From the NCBI GenBank assembly GCA_965213625.1, contig CBDBZU010000004.1:1792001-1856000 (forward strand): a stretch of DNA of 64,000 nucleotides. Reading direction: 5' to 3'. Made by a program: the position numbers and the translations under genes. Below, piece after piece: positions 38,129 through 48,000 of this stretch; positions within the stretch are counted from its first letter, which is position 1; every line of letters starts with the position of its first letter. The notes beneath the pieces are model-generated. The model was not told where the DNA came from. It searched no databases and saw only the letters and a list, made by a program, of their open reading frames with translations. Origin of the DNA: a bacterium. GTDB taxonomy: Bacteria > UBA8248.

Positions 38129-39352
38129 ATAGAAGAAAGAGCGATCGACCGGATCGACGAATCCCGGGGAGCGCACTATGAACCATACGGCTGGCACCAC
38201 TGGCCCGAGCACCCCTGGATGTCCTATCAGTTCCGCCGTGCCCTGGGCGAGACCCAGGAGGGCGGCGGCTCGGTGAGCGAGTGTTTTCAGGCCGCGAGCC
38301 GCATGAAGCCCGGCGACAACGAGAGCTGGTACGCCGAGTGGACGCGCGTGGGCGATCGAAACCGCGAGCGCGGGGATGGGGCCGCCGCCGCGGGGCGCAT
38401 CCAGACGGCGCGCAACTGCTGGCTGCGCGCGGCGGATTACTACCGGAGCGCGGAATTCTGGCTCGAATCGGACGACCCGCGCAGATTCGAGACCTTCGAG
38501 AAGGTGGAGGCGTGTTCCAGGGCGTTTTTGAGCCACATCACACCTCCCGGCGAGGTGGTGCAGGTCCCCTATGAGAACGGCGCGCATCTGGACGCCTATT
38601 TCGTGCCTGCGCCTTTTCGCGTGGATAGGCAGCCCGCCGTCATCAGCTTCGGCGGCCTGGACGCCTATAAAGATGAGATGTGGTTCATGGCGGGGCGGGG
38701 GTTCCTGCAGCGCGGAATATCGGTCTTGATGATCGACGGCCCAGGCCAGGGTGGAACGCTGACAAGAGGAGGCATTACCAGCCGCCACGACTATGAGGCG
38801 CCCGTGGGCCGCTGCATCGACTATCTGGAGGCGAGGGGAGACGTGGACGCCTCGCGGGTCGCTGTCTGCGGCGGGGGAATCGGGGGCCATTTCGCCGCCC
38901 GGGCTGCCTGCTACGAGCACAGGCTCGCCGCCGCGCTCTCCCACACTGCCGGGTGGAGCCTGCAGGACTTGTGGCGCGATGCGGGCGAGGATCACCGCCT
39001 GGCCGATTCCATCAAGTGGGTATTCGGGGCCGCGAGCGTAGAGGAAGCCGTGGAGAAGCTTGCGCCCTTCACGCTGGAAGGGCACATCGGGCGCATGAAG
39101 TGTCCCTACCTCATCGTCCACGGGGGCTACGACGTGCTCGGCGTGGCCCAGGCGCGCAGGGTGTATGATGCCGCCAAGGCCGCGGGGGTGGACGTGACGC
39201 TCAGGCTCGTCGATGAGGAGGAGACGGGCGCCGACCACTGTCAGCACGACAACCCCACCATCGGCCAGGAGATTTTGGCCGACTGGCTGGCCGGGGTGTT
39301 CGGGATAGACGAGCGTGAATTGATGTCAAAAACCATAACGCCGATGCTTTAG
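38129..39352 (+). CDS. Alpha/beta hydrolase (2,6-dihydroxypseudooxynicotine hydrolase-like); start uncertain (ATA 38129 or ATG 38219)
   Basis: LRAADYYRSAEF, GGLD..KDE, DGPGQG, GADHCQ; nucleophile elbow reads GGGIGG. Confidence 0.8.
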   Translation: MEERAIDRIDESRGAHYEPYGWHHWPEHPWMSYQFRRALGETQEGGGSVSECFQAASRMKPGDNESWYAEWTRVGDRNRERGDGAAAAGRIQTARNCWLRAADYYRSAEFWLESDDPRRFETFEKVEACSRAFLSHITPPGEVVQVPYENGAHLDAYFVPAPFRVDRQPAVISFGGLDAYKDEMWFMAGRGFLQRGISVLMIDGPGQGGTLTRGGITSRHDYEAPVGRCIDYLEARGDVDASRVAVCGGGIGGHFAARAACYEHRLAAALSHTAGWSLQDLWRDAGEDHRLADSIKWVFGAASVEEAVEKLAPFTLEGHIGRMKCPYLIVHGGYDVLGVAQARRVYDAAKAAGVDVTLRLVDEEETGADHCQHDNPTIGQEILADWLAGVFGIDERELMSKTITPML

Positions 39353-39401
39353 TCGGATCGCCGAGCCGGAAGAGACTAGCTTCGTAAGAGGAGAAAGAAA
39401 G

Positions 39402-40241
39402 GTGGCCGTCATTTTGAATGAAGATTCCATCCAGGGCATTTCCTTGGGAGATGGCGTTACATGCCAGACGCTGCTGGATGTGGAGAAAACCGGGAACAAT
39501 CACCTGATCGTAGAAAAATGGACGCTTGCGCAGGGCGCCCGCAAGGACGTCGAAATCCCCGGCGAGAATCTGGCGTGGATCCAGATTATGGGAGGCGAAG
39601 CTCGTCTTTCTGGTTCTGCAGGCGCATTCACTCTAGCGGATACGAGCGTGGCGTTTTTCCCGCCCGGCTTCAGCGGCGCGCTGGAGTGCGAGGTGGGGGC
39701 ATCAGCTTTGTAATGCGAGGTTCCCGACGCCGAACGCTTCGATGCGAGGTTCCTCTCCGATCCGCCCGGCTTCAGGGTGCTGGACTGGAGCGGCGAACCC
39801 GTTTTGAAATCCGAGCACGACGCCAGAAGCCGCATTTACCTCGTGACCCCCAACCTTTTCGGCACGAAGGTCATCAAGGGGGAGATGATCATCTATCCAC
39901 CGGGAACCGTCGCCTCGAGCCACCACCACGAGGGGGCGGATCATTTCATGTACGTGAAACACGGCGCGGGCGTCGTGTACGTGAACGAAGAGCCGCATCG
40001 CGTCCGTGCGGGCGATATCCTGTATTACTACGAGATGGAGCGCCATTATCTGGAAAACGACGGGGACGAAACCCTGGTTTTCAGCGAGTTTTTCGTGCCC
40101 GCGGAACACACGACCATATGGACGGATGAGAGCCTGATCTGCGCCTGGCTGCCCACCGGTAGAAACATCAACGGGGGAAAACCCGTTCGGGAGATCAAGG
40201 CGCACTCCTCAGCCCACGTCGAAAATCCGGTCGACGTATGA
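39402..40241 (+). pseudogene. Bicupin protein interrupted by an in-frame TAA (39711-39713)
   Basis: ORFs 39402-39713 and 39777-40241 are in frame with one stop between; C-half has HHHEGA.H cupin motif. Confidence 0.7.
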
Positions 40242-40312
40242 TGAAGAATGAATAGTAATTTTGAGCGCGCGGGCTGCTGAGGCGCTCGCGCCGATTCTGT
40301 GAGGAGGTTCAC

Positions 40313-41215
40313 GTGAGAATCACGCTGCTTGAGAATTTCAGGGCCGTTTTCTACACGCCGTTCTACGCCGCTTTCTCGCTGGGGGCCTATGAGGAGGAGG
40401 GCGTGGACGTTCGTATCGAAACCTCGCCCGATCCCGCCCGGAACGCGGAGTTGCTCATGTCCGGCGAGGCGCAGGTGAGCTGGGGCGGGCCCATGCGCGT
40501 CATGGTGGCGTACGACAAGAATCCCGAGTGCGACCTCAAGGTGTTCTGCGAGGTCGTCTGCCGTGACCCGTTTTTCTTGATCGGGCGCGAGCCGACGCGC
40601 GAGTTCCGGATGGGCGAGCTGATGGGACCCAAAATCGCCACGGTGAGCGAGGTGCCCACCCCCTGGATGTGCCTGCAGCACGATTTGCAATTGGCGGGAC
40701 TGGACCCGGCGGCGCTGGAGAGAATCCCGGACCGGACGATGGGCGAAAACGCGGACGCACTGCGCGCGGGAGATGTGGACATCATCCAGGTGTTTCAGCC
40801 CTTTGCGGAGGAGTTGATCCGGGAAGGCACGGGCCACATATGGTATCAAGCGGCTGACCGCGGCCTCACGACCTATACGGCGTTCTACGCGCCCGCCTCG
40901 TTCCTGCGGGAGAGTCCTGAGTCCGCCCTTGGCATGACGCGCGCCATGGCGAAAGCAGAGCAATGGCTCGCAGAGAACGATGCCGAAGCCGTCGCCCGGC
41001 TGGTGAAGTCCTGGTTCGAGGAGATGGACTCAGCGCTTCTGACGGCGGCCATTGAGCGCTACAAGAGCATCGGCCTTTGGAACCGGAACCCCCGCCTCGC
41101 GAAGGAGAGCTTCGAGTGGCTCAGGGACGCGTGCCTGAGCGGCGGGCTGATCTCCACGGGCGTCTCATACGAGCAGGCGGTGGACATGCGTTTTGTGGAG
41201 CAGGCGATGGCGTAG
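40313..41215 (+). CDS. NMT1/THI5-like substrate-binding protein (no obvious signal peptide)
   Basis: FRAVFYTPFYAA...GAYEEEGVDV, WGGPMR, RDPFFLIGR. Confidence 0.8.
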   Translation: MRITLLENFRAVFYTPFYAAFSLGAYEEEGVDVRIETSPDPARNAELLMSGEAQVSWGGPMRVMVAYDKNPECDLKVFCEVVCRDPFFLIGREPTREFRMGELMGPKIATVSEVPTPWMCLQHDLQLAGLDPAALERIPDRTMGENADALRAGDVDIIQVFQPFAEELIREGTGHIWYQAADRGLTTYTAFYAPASFLRESPESALGMTRAMAKAEQWLAENDAEAVARLVKSWFEEMDSALLTAAIERYKSIGLWNRNPRLAKESFEWLRDACLSGGLISTGVSYEQAVDMRFVEQAMA

Positions 41216-41326
41216 GGGTAGGTTCTCCGACTTTGGTTAGATTTTACTCCCCCCTTGAGATATTTTGCCGACTAGGTAGAGAAATGGAATCACTCCCCCT
41301 TTGATGAGTTGTTGACCCCCCCTCCG

Positions 41327-41823
41327 CCTCATCCTGAGTAGCGGCGAAGCCGCGTATCGAAGGATGCCCTCTCGCACCGGCGCGAGGCGTTCGACTCCCC
41401 TCGCCCTTCGATACGCCGCCTTCGGCGGCTATTCAGGGTGAGGAAAGAGGCGTTGGCGGTTTGCGGGGGTCGCAGACGGGGCTTTTTTTAACAACCCCCG
41501 TAGGGGACAGGTCGCGACCTGTGTGGCAGCCCCGAGGAGGGGCTGTTACTACCAAAGGCGTGAAATTCCTATTGCATTGATTGGGAAAATGCAGTCCTTC
41601 CCTCATCAGGCGAGAATGCCGTCGCAATTATTGGCGCGGACTCACGGGCGCCCTTCGATACGCCGCTTCGCGGCTACTCAGGGTGAAGGAGTGCGCTCTT
41701 CCCTCGTCCCTGGCAGGCGAACCGCCAATCCGCCTCATCCCGAGTAGCCCCCGAAGGGGGCGTATCGAGGGACGGTCCCTCTCTCTTCGGTCAGGTCTGA
41801 CTCCTTCCTCGGTCGGAACCGAC
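41327..41823. repeat. Cluster of CCTCATCC(T/C)GAGTAGC...CGTATCGA(A/G)GGA palindromic units plus GTAG REP
   Basis: Units near 41327, 41405 (inverted), 41652 (inverted), 41732; 41371-41414 is an inverted copy of 13339-13384. Confidence 0.85.
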
Positions 41824-41895
41824 TCTTTGCGTTCCACAGAATACATCTGGCAAGATGGCGGCTACTCTATGCCCCCTGGCTAAGGAGGACCCTTC

Positions 41896-43662
41896 ATGGC
41901 GTTTCGCCACACCACCCCCGAGGGCCGCGAATACATCGCCCACAGGCCGCAGGTGAGCGCGCGCGAGGCGATGGTCGCATCCGGCCATCACTACGCGAGC
42001 CAGGCGGGTCTGAGAATCCTCGAAAGAGGCGGCAACGCGATAGACGCAGGCGTCACGGCGGGGATCTGCCTGAGCGTCCTTCACTCCGACATGGTGTCGT
42101 TCCTGGGCGTAGCGCCCACGATGGTCTATCTGGCGAAAGAAGAGCGCGTCCTCACAATCAGCGGTCTGGGCCGCTGGCCCAAGGCGGCCTCGGTCGAGTG
42201 GTTCGAGAAAAACTGTGGTGGCGAGATTCCTCCCGGAGTTCGGCGCGCGGTTACGCCCGCGGCGATTGACGCCTGGCTCACGGCTCTTGCGCGCTACGGC
42301 ACGAAAAGCTTTGCGGAGGTCTCCCAGGACGCCATCTCGCTGGCCGAAGACGGCTTCGCCATGCACCATTTCATGTACGACCACATCAAGTCGGCGGAAC
42401 AAGACTACTACCGCTGGGAATCGACGCGGCCCATCTATTTTCCGGGCGGCGACCTCATTTCGGTGGGCGGGCGGGTGCGGAATCCCGACTTGGCCGAGAC
42501 GATGCGGCGCATGGTGCGCGCTGAGCAAAGTGCGGGCGGCGGTCGCGCCGGGGGCGTGCGCGCGGCGCGCGATGAGGTCTACACCGGCGAGACGGCCCGC
42601 CGGATGATCGACTTCATCCAGCGAGAGGGCGGCCTGATGACGATGGACGATCTGGCCGATTTCCACGTCTTAGAAGAAGAACCCGTCGTGACGGAATTCC
42701 TGGGTCATGAAGTCTACGCCTGCGGCCCCTGGTGCCAGGGCCCGACGCTGCTGGAGGCGATGAACATCCTCGCCAATTTCGACCTCAAGGCACTGGGCCA
42801 CAACTCCCCCGGCTACCTCCACAAGCTGATGGCCGCGCTCAATCTCGCCTTCGCGGACAGGGAGGCCTTTATCGGAGACCCCGAGTTCGTGGATGTGCCG
42901 ATAGACGGTCTTCTTTCCCAGGAATACGCCGCCAAGCAGGCGGAGCGGGTCGATATGGATGCTGCTTTCGCCGATATGCCCGAGCCGGGCGACCCCTGGG
43001 CGCACCAGGGGGGCGCGCATCCGTGGCGTTACGACGGCGCGCACCGGGTTCCGCAAAAATCGGGGGCCGAATACCAGCACGACACTTCTTATTGTACGGC
43101 GGTGGATTCGGAGGGAAACGCCTTTTCCTGCACGCCTTCGGACCCGGCGAACACGATGCCCTTCGTACCGGGCGTGGGCGCGACCGTCTCGGGGCGCGGC
43201 TCCCAGAGCTGGCTCGATCCGGCGCACCCGAGCTGCCTCGCGCCCTGGAAGCGACCGAGGCTCACGCCGAACCCCGCCCTCACGCTCAAAGACGGCGCGT
43301 TCTACATGACGCTGGGCACCCCGGGCGGCGACGTCCAGCCCCAGGCCATGCTGCAGGTGTTCCTGAACCACGCGCTCTTCGGCATGCCGCCGCAGATGGC
43401 GATCGAAGCGCCGAGGGCTGCCACCTCCAATTTCCCCAATTCCTTCTGGCCCCATGCCTATGAGCCTGCGAGCGCTAAGGCCGAAGCGCGGCTTTTGAGC
43501 GACGCAGGATCTGCGCTCTCCGGGATGGGCTACAAGATGGGTTCATGGCCCGATTTCAGCTGGCCGCCCGGCAGCGTCTGCGCGATCGTGAAAGACCCCG
43601 AGACGGGGTTCCTGCTCGGCGGCGCCGACCCGAGGCGTGAATCCTACGCAGTGGGGTGGTAG
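41896..43662 (+). CDS. ggt: Gamma-glutamyltransferase family protein
   Basis: GGNAIDA, cleavage Thr in HDTSY..AVD..GN, PRLTPNP, GTPGGDVQPQ, GGADPRR. Confidence 0.9.
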   Translation: MAFRHTTPEGREYIAHRPQVSAREAMVASGHHYASQAGLRILERGGNAIDAGVTAGICLSVLHSDMVSFLGVAPTMVYLAKEERVLTISGLGRWPKAASVEWFEKNCGGEIPPGVRRAVTPAAIDAWLTALARYGTKSFAEVSQDAISLAEDGFAMHHFMYDHIKSAEQDYYRWESTRPIYFPGGDLISVGGRVRNPDLAETMRRMVRAEQSAGGGRAGGVRAARDEVYTGETARRMIDFIQREGGLMTMDDLADFHVLEEEPVVTEFLGHEVYACGPWCQGPTLLEAMNILANFDLKALGHNSPGYLHKLMAALNLAFADREAFIGDPEFVDVPIDGLLSQEYAAKQAERVDMDAAFADMPEPGDPWAHQGGAHPWRYDGAHRVPQKSGAEYQHDTSYCTAVDSEGNAFSCTPSDPANTMPFVPGVGATVSGRGSQSWLDPAHPSCLAPWKRPRLTPNPALTLKDGAFYMTLGTPGGDVQPQAMLQVFLNHALFGMPPQMAIEAPRAATSNFPNSFWPHAYEPASAKAEARLLSDAGSALSGMGYKMGSWPDFSWPPGSVCAIVKDPETGFLLGGADPRRESYAVGW

Positions 43663-43761
43663 GGGGGCGATCTTCCGCGAAGATGGGTGTTTTCTTGTCT
43701 CCTGTCTTCCAGCTGTGCTATCTGTGTCCTTGGAGGACCCAATAACGAAAAGGAGACTCCA

Positions 43762-44046
43762 ATGGAAGTGAAGGAAGCCGTGAAAACGGCGAAAGAATAC
43801 ATTATCGATCTTTTCGGTGATGAGACGATCACTGGTGTTGGACTTGAGGAAGTCGATCTCGACATCGAGTCAAACGACTGGAAGATAACCATCGGTTTTT
43901 ATCGTCCGCTGTCTCATCGGGGCACTTTGACCACCGTGTTCGGTAAACAGCACGAAGCACGCTCCTATAAAGTTGTAAGCATAAACAAGCAAAACGGTCG
44001 TGTGTCATCGGTCACGGACCGCGTCCTGCCAGCCGTTACCGAATAA
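43762..44046 (+). CDS. Small hypothetical protein (putative antitoxin of PIN module)
   Basis: SD AAGGAG; MEVKEAVKTAKEYI.DLF...GLEEV...WKITIGF...RSYKVV; directly upstream of a PIN-like fragment. Confidence 0.7.
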   Translation: MEVKEAVKTAKEYIIDLFGDETITGVGLEEVDLDIESNDWKITIGFYRPLSHRGTLTTVFGKQHEARSYKVVSINKQNGRVSSVTDRVLPAVTE

Positions 44047-44050
44047 TTTG

Positions 44051-44133
44051 ATGCCCCGACCGGGTACTTCATCGACGCGAACCTTCTCGTCTTGCTCATC
44101 GTGGGTAACCGCTCCGAACGGAGAGGGAACTGA
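44051..44133 (+). pseudogene. Truncated PIN-domain toxin N-terminus
   Basis: TGYFIDANLLVLLIVG (PIN first strand D-x-N), out of frame with ATG 44051, ends after about 25 codons. Confidence 0.55.
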
Positions 44134-44134
44134 A

Positions 44135-44902
44135 GTGGCTAGAAGCACAGAAACGAGAAAAGACGAGATGTTTGCTCTCGAATTATTGAGAGAGTACCTA
44201 AGTGAACACGTGGATCCAATATTCCAGTGCAAAGTAAATGCGAATGATCCCCCGGATATTATCGTTACATGGGAGAGTGGTGATCAATGGGGTGTGGAGG
44301 TCACACAGACTCACCAACTTGTTGCATCGATTGACAGGACAAGAGTTGTTTCCTCAGCGGGTGTTGAAGCTGTTTTACGACGTTTTGCCCAAGAACTCGG
44401 GAGGACAACTGAAAACATACGCAAGCGCGACTATTTTCTTGGTTTGGGTTCGGCTCCGCTCAGTTTGCAGCAGGAAATGATCCACCGTTACGACAGAAAA
44501 TGGCGAAAGGAAACCGAAGCAGCAATTCGGAACCATATTCTCTCCGAGGAAGTTTCCATCTTGAGGCTCTCTGGAGCATGGCTCCAACCGGGTGAACCGG
44601 GAAACGGCTGGAGATTTACGGTCAGCCCCGGAGTCGCCGAAATTCCTTCGACCATCGAGTCAATGCTGTGGCGCGCCTTCCGAGACAAGACGAAAGGTTT
44701 ATCAAGATGGAACGGCGACTTCGAACAGCGGTGGCTGTTATTATTGAACTGCTATGATCTTGCCAGCGACATTGGTGATATGAAAGAAGCGCTTCGTGAT
44801 TTTGCCGGATGGAGTGAGGAGTCGTTCGGGTTTCATGGCGTTTTCTGGAGTGGATATCCCGACCGGACGTTGATACCGATTTCGTTGCCAAAGAGTTTGT
44901 AA
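44135..44902 (+). CDS. Hypothetical protein with PD-(D/E)xK-like nuclease motif
   Basis: NDPPDII...WGVEVTQ; later K...WLLL; lower GC; start uncertain. Confidence 0.55.
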   Translation: MARSTETRKDEMFALELLREYLSEHVDPIFQCKVNANDPPDIIVTWESGDQWGVEVTQTHQLVASIDRTRVVSSAGVEAVLRRFAQELGRTTENIRKRDYFLGLGSAPLSLQQEMIHRYDRKWRKETEAAIRNHILSEEVSILRLSGAWLQPGEPGNGWRFTVSPGVAEIPSTIESMLWRAFRDKTKGLSRWNGDFEQRWLLLLNCYDLASDIGDMKEALRDFAGWSEESFGFHGVFWSGYPDRTLIPISLPKSL

Positions 44903-44924
44903 CCTCTCCAGAGAAGGACTGAAA

Positions 44925-44952
44925 GTAGGGACAAGTCGCGACCTGTCCCTAC
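44925..44952. repeat. GTAG REP palindrome
   Basis: GTAGGGACAAGTCGCGACCTGTCCCTAC. Confidence 0.8.
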
Positions 44953-45031
44953 AGAGGTTTAGCGCCCCAGTGAAAGCGTAATTGCTCTTGCCGCTAGCTG
45001 GTTCGAATTTCGACGCATGTATCACGTGGAG

Positions 45032-45060
45032 TTGACATTTGCGCCGACAAGTCCTATTGT
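45032..45060 (+). promoter_or_regulatory. Sigma70 promoter upstream of NYN leader
   Basis: TTGACA (45032-45037)-17 bp-TATTGT (45055-45060). Confidence 0.7.
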
Positions 45061-45066
45061 AAGTTT

Positions 45067-45135
45067 GATTCGCCCCTTGGCAGTACGTTGTGCTCCTAGC
45101 GATCATGGGCGCAGCCGATCCCTGGGGGCTTTTTT
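45067..45135 (+). ncRNA. Candidate structured leader/small RNA
   Basis: Outer stem GCCCCU.GG/CC.GGGGGC, inner 9-bp stem GUUGUGCUC/GGGCGCAGC, then U6. Confidence 0.55.
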
Positions 45136-45153
45136 ATGTCCGGCGGCGTTTCC

Positions 45154-45849
45154 ATGATGAAAATTGCGATCCTCATCGATGGCGGCTATCTGCTCAAGCG
45201 TCTTCCGACAGTCCGCCCAAAAATTAGACATCACGATGCAAAATCCGTCAGTTCTGCAATTGGTCAATTGGTTACATCGCATTTGAATCGCGAGAACAAG
45301 ACCGCCTGCGTCGCCAACGCGAATTCATTGCTCTATCGCGTTTTCTATTACGACGCCAGCCCCTATGACGGCAAGGAACACAAACCTATCAGCAATTACA
45401 GCATCGACTATGTAAAAACCAGTGAAGCGAAATTCAGGCATGACCTGTTCGAAGAGTTGAGGCGCTCACCCAACACCGCCGTACGGCTGGGAGAGGTGCG
45501 ACGCGAACGAGGCTGGGTGCTGAAAGAAGCTCCACAGAAACGGCTCCTGAAAAGCGAGATCACTGTCGCCGACCTAAAAGATGACGATTTCGCTCTCGGC
45601 CTTCGCCAAAAAGCGGTGGACATGCGGATCGGGGTCGACATCACTTCGATCACGCTCAAGCAGCAAGCGAATACGATCATCCTCGTCGCGGGCGACGCCG
45701 ATTTCGTTCCAGCGGCGAAACTCGCGCGGCGAGAGGGCGTGCGCATAATTCTAGATCCACTTTGGCGCACTGTAGCTCCGGAATTGTTCGAGCACATCGA
45801 CGGCCTCAACAGTGGGTTTCCCCGTCCGCCCCGCAGTCGCAAGAAATGA
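45154..45849 (+). CDS. NYN domain (LabA/DUF88, PIN-like) ribonuclease
   Basis: AILIDGGYL, FYYD, RQKAVDMRIGVD, LVAGDADFVPAAKLARREG; alternative starts 45136/45157. Confidence 0.9.
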   Translation: MMKIAILIDGGYLLKRLPTVRPKIRHHDAKSVSSAIGQLVTSHLNRENKTACVANANSLLYRVFYYDASPYDGKEHKPISNYSIDYVKTSEAKFRHDLFEELRRSPNTAVRLGEVRRERGWVLKEAPQKRLLKSEITVADLKDDDFALGLRQKAVDMRIGVDITSITLKQQANTIILVAGDADFVPAAKLARREGVRIILDPLWRTVAPELFEHIDGLNSGFPRPPRSRKK

Positions 45850-46008
45850 GAAATAACTAGCCGATGAATGAAAGCATCATAGGTCGGTAATCCTTTCCTT
45901 CTCTTGAATCCCGACTCATATTGCATGCGTACTCCAGCTCTGGCCCAAACGCTTGCCTCAACCTCCTCCAGCACGGAGAATGCGGACGTGGAAACGGAGG
46001 AGGCGAGC

Positions 46009-46428
46009 ATGACTTCACCGGAAGCCGGGCGCAGTGAACCCACAGATGTATCCGCACAGGACGAATATTTGCTCTATGACGGCGAGTGTCCGTTCTGCAG
46101 CTTCTATGCGCGAAAATCCGAGTTTAGGACACAAACCGGCCAGCGTTTAACGCTCATCGACGCGAACCGTGCGCCCGAACGCCTCGCCCAATTGAGCGAG
46201 AGAGGCTGTGAGGTGGGAGAGGGGATGGTGCTCGTCCTGGATGGCCGCGTTTATCAGGGCGCAGATGCGATGACGGCGCTCGAGGCGATGACGAGTGGAG
46301 GCGGCTGGTTTGGCAGGCTTGCCAAATGGTTCGCCTCGAATCCAAGGCGCGTTCGTACGTTCTACCCGTTGTTTCGCAGACTGCGGGGCGTGGCGCGATG
46401 GGTGAAAGGGAAGAGCAATCCCGACTGA
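46009..46428 (+). CDS. DCC1-like thiol-disulfide oxidoreductase (DUF393)
   Basis: LLYDGECPFC, YQGADA; SD GGAGG. Confidence 0.85.
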   Translation: MTSPEAGRSEPTDVSAQDEYLLYDGECPFCSFYARKSEFRTQTGQRLTLIDANRAPERLAQLSERGCEVGEGMVLVLDGRVYQGADAMTALEAMTSGGGWFGRLAKWFASNPRRVRTFYPLFRRLRGVARWVKGKSNPD

Positions 46429-46507
46429 GGAAGGAGGGGTATGGCCATTCGCATTCCCTACCTTCCTCTTCGATTCGCTAAAAGAATCCCCTAAAGAAAA
46501 GCGCTGA

Positions 46508-47998
46508 TCAGGCGGACCCCTGCTTCTTCAAAAGGGAAGTCCGTTTCACGAAAACGCTGATGAGGTAGACCAGCGCCAGCGCCAGAAACACGAGGCTTAT
46601 CGGCTTGCGGAAGAAAATGCCGGGGTCGCCGTCCGAGAGGATGAGCGACATTCGCGCGTTTTTCTCAAACACCGGACCCAGGATGATCGCCAGCAGCAGG
46701 GGCATGATAGGGTAGTCGAATTTCTGCATGAAATAGCCGAGCAGCCCGAAGCCAATCATCAGGAAAACGTCGAAAAAACTGTTCTGGAGCGCGAACGCCC
46801 CGATGACGCAGAACACCGCAATGCTCGGGAAGAGAAGCCCCGGCGGCACGCGGAGCACCTGGACGAACAGGCGAATGCCCAAAAGCGCGATGACGATGGT
46901 CAGGAAAAGCGCGATGAAAAATGACCCGAATATCGAGAAAACGAAACCGCCGTGGCTCTCGAACAACAAAGGCCCCGGCGCGAGCCCCTGGATGGTGAGC
47001 GCGCCGAGCATGACTGCGGTGACGGGGTCGCCGGGGATTCCCAGCGTGAGCATCGGGATCATCGCGCCACCGGTCATCGCGCTGTTGGCGGCCTCTGGCG
47101 CCGATACGCCCTCGAGCTTTCCCGTACCGAACAATTCTGGCTCCGGCGAGCGGCGCTGCGCCGTGTTGTAGCTCAGCAAGGCGGCGACAGCGCTCCCCGT
47201 ACCCGGCAACAGTCCGATGGTGGTCCCGATGAGGGAGGATTGCGCGAGCGTCTTCCAAAGGCTTGCCAAGGTTCCCGGCGACGGCAGCAAGTCGCGCAGG
47301 CGCGTCGAGAAATCCGGTAAGGAAACGGAGGAGCCACGCATGCCGGAGATAATCTCGGGTACCGCGAAAAGCCCTATCATCACCGGCAGGAAAGAGACCC
47401 CCTGCTGAATCTGCACGACGGAAAACGTGAAGCGCGGTATGGAATCGATGGGGTCCATGCCGACGGTGGAAAAACTCAAGCCCAGAAGGCCCGAAATCAG
47501 CGCCTTGCTCATCGAGGTTTGCGCGAATCCGCAGATGAGGCAAAGACCAAGCAAAACCAGCGACGCCAGTTCGGGCGCGCCGAAGTTCAGTGCGAATTCC
47601 GCTAACTGGGGAGCGATGGTGATCAGGCAGATAAGGCTGAACAGCCCGCCCAGGAAACTCGAGAAAAAAGCCACGCCCAGCGCGACCCCGGCCCGGCCCT
47701 TTCTGGCGAGCGGGTGACCGTCCAGGCTCGTGACGATGGCGGCGGGATTGCCGGGAATGTTGAGCAGAATGGACGAGATGCTGCCCCCCGTCATCCCGCC
47801 GACGAATACGCCCACCAGAAGGCTCATGGACGTCACGCTCGCCATGTGGAAGGTGAAGGGCAACAGCAAGATGATGCCCATGCTCACCGTGAGGCCCGGA
47901 ATGGCCGCGAAGACGATTCCTAAAAAACTTCCCAGAATGGCGAAGAGAAGAGGCTTCCACGCCAGGGCCTGAACGAGGCCGTCCACCAGGAGGTCCAT
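46508..47998 (-). CDS. tctA: Tripartite tricarboxylate transporter large permease
   Basis: AIPGL, ILLNIPG, LDGHPLA, APEAAN, PMLTLGIPG. Confidence 0.92.
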   Translation of the reverse strand: MDLLVDGLVQALAWKPLLFAILGSFLGIVFAAIPGLTVSMGIILLLPFTFHMASVTSMSLLVGVFVGGMTGGSISSILLNIPGNPAAIVTSLDGHPLARKGRAGVALGVAFFSSFLGGLFSLICLITIAPQLAEFALNFGAPELASLVLLGLCLICGFAQTSMSKALISGLLGLSFSTVGMDPIDSIPRFTFSVVQIQQGVSFLPVMIGLFAVPEIISGMRGSSVSLPDFSTRLRDLLPSPGTLASLWKTLAQSSLIGTTIGLLPGTGSAVAALLSYNTAQRRSPEPELFGTGKLEGVSAPEAANSAMTGGAMIPMLTLGIPGDPVTAVMLGALTIQGLAPGPLLFESHGGFVFSIFGSFFIALFLTIVIALLGIRLFVQVLRVPPGLLFPSIAVFCVIGAFALQNSFFDVFLMIGFGLLGYFMQKFDYPIMPLLLAIILGPVFEKNARMSLILSDGDPGIFFRKPISLVFLALALVYLISVFVKRTSLLKKQGSA

Positions 47999-48000
47999 CT

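Noticed and set aside
39711-39713. Recoding (Sec/Pyl) at the cupin internal stop
   Set aside because: Codon is TAA, which is used as a normal stop elsewhere in the window
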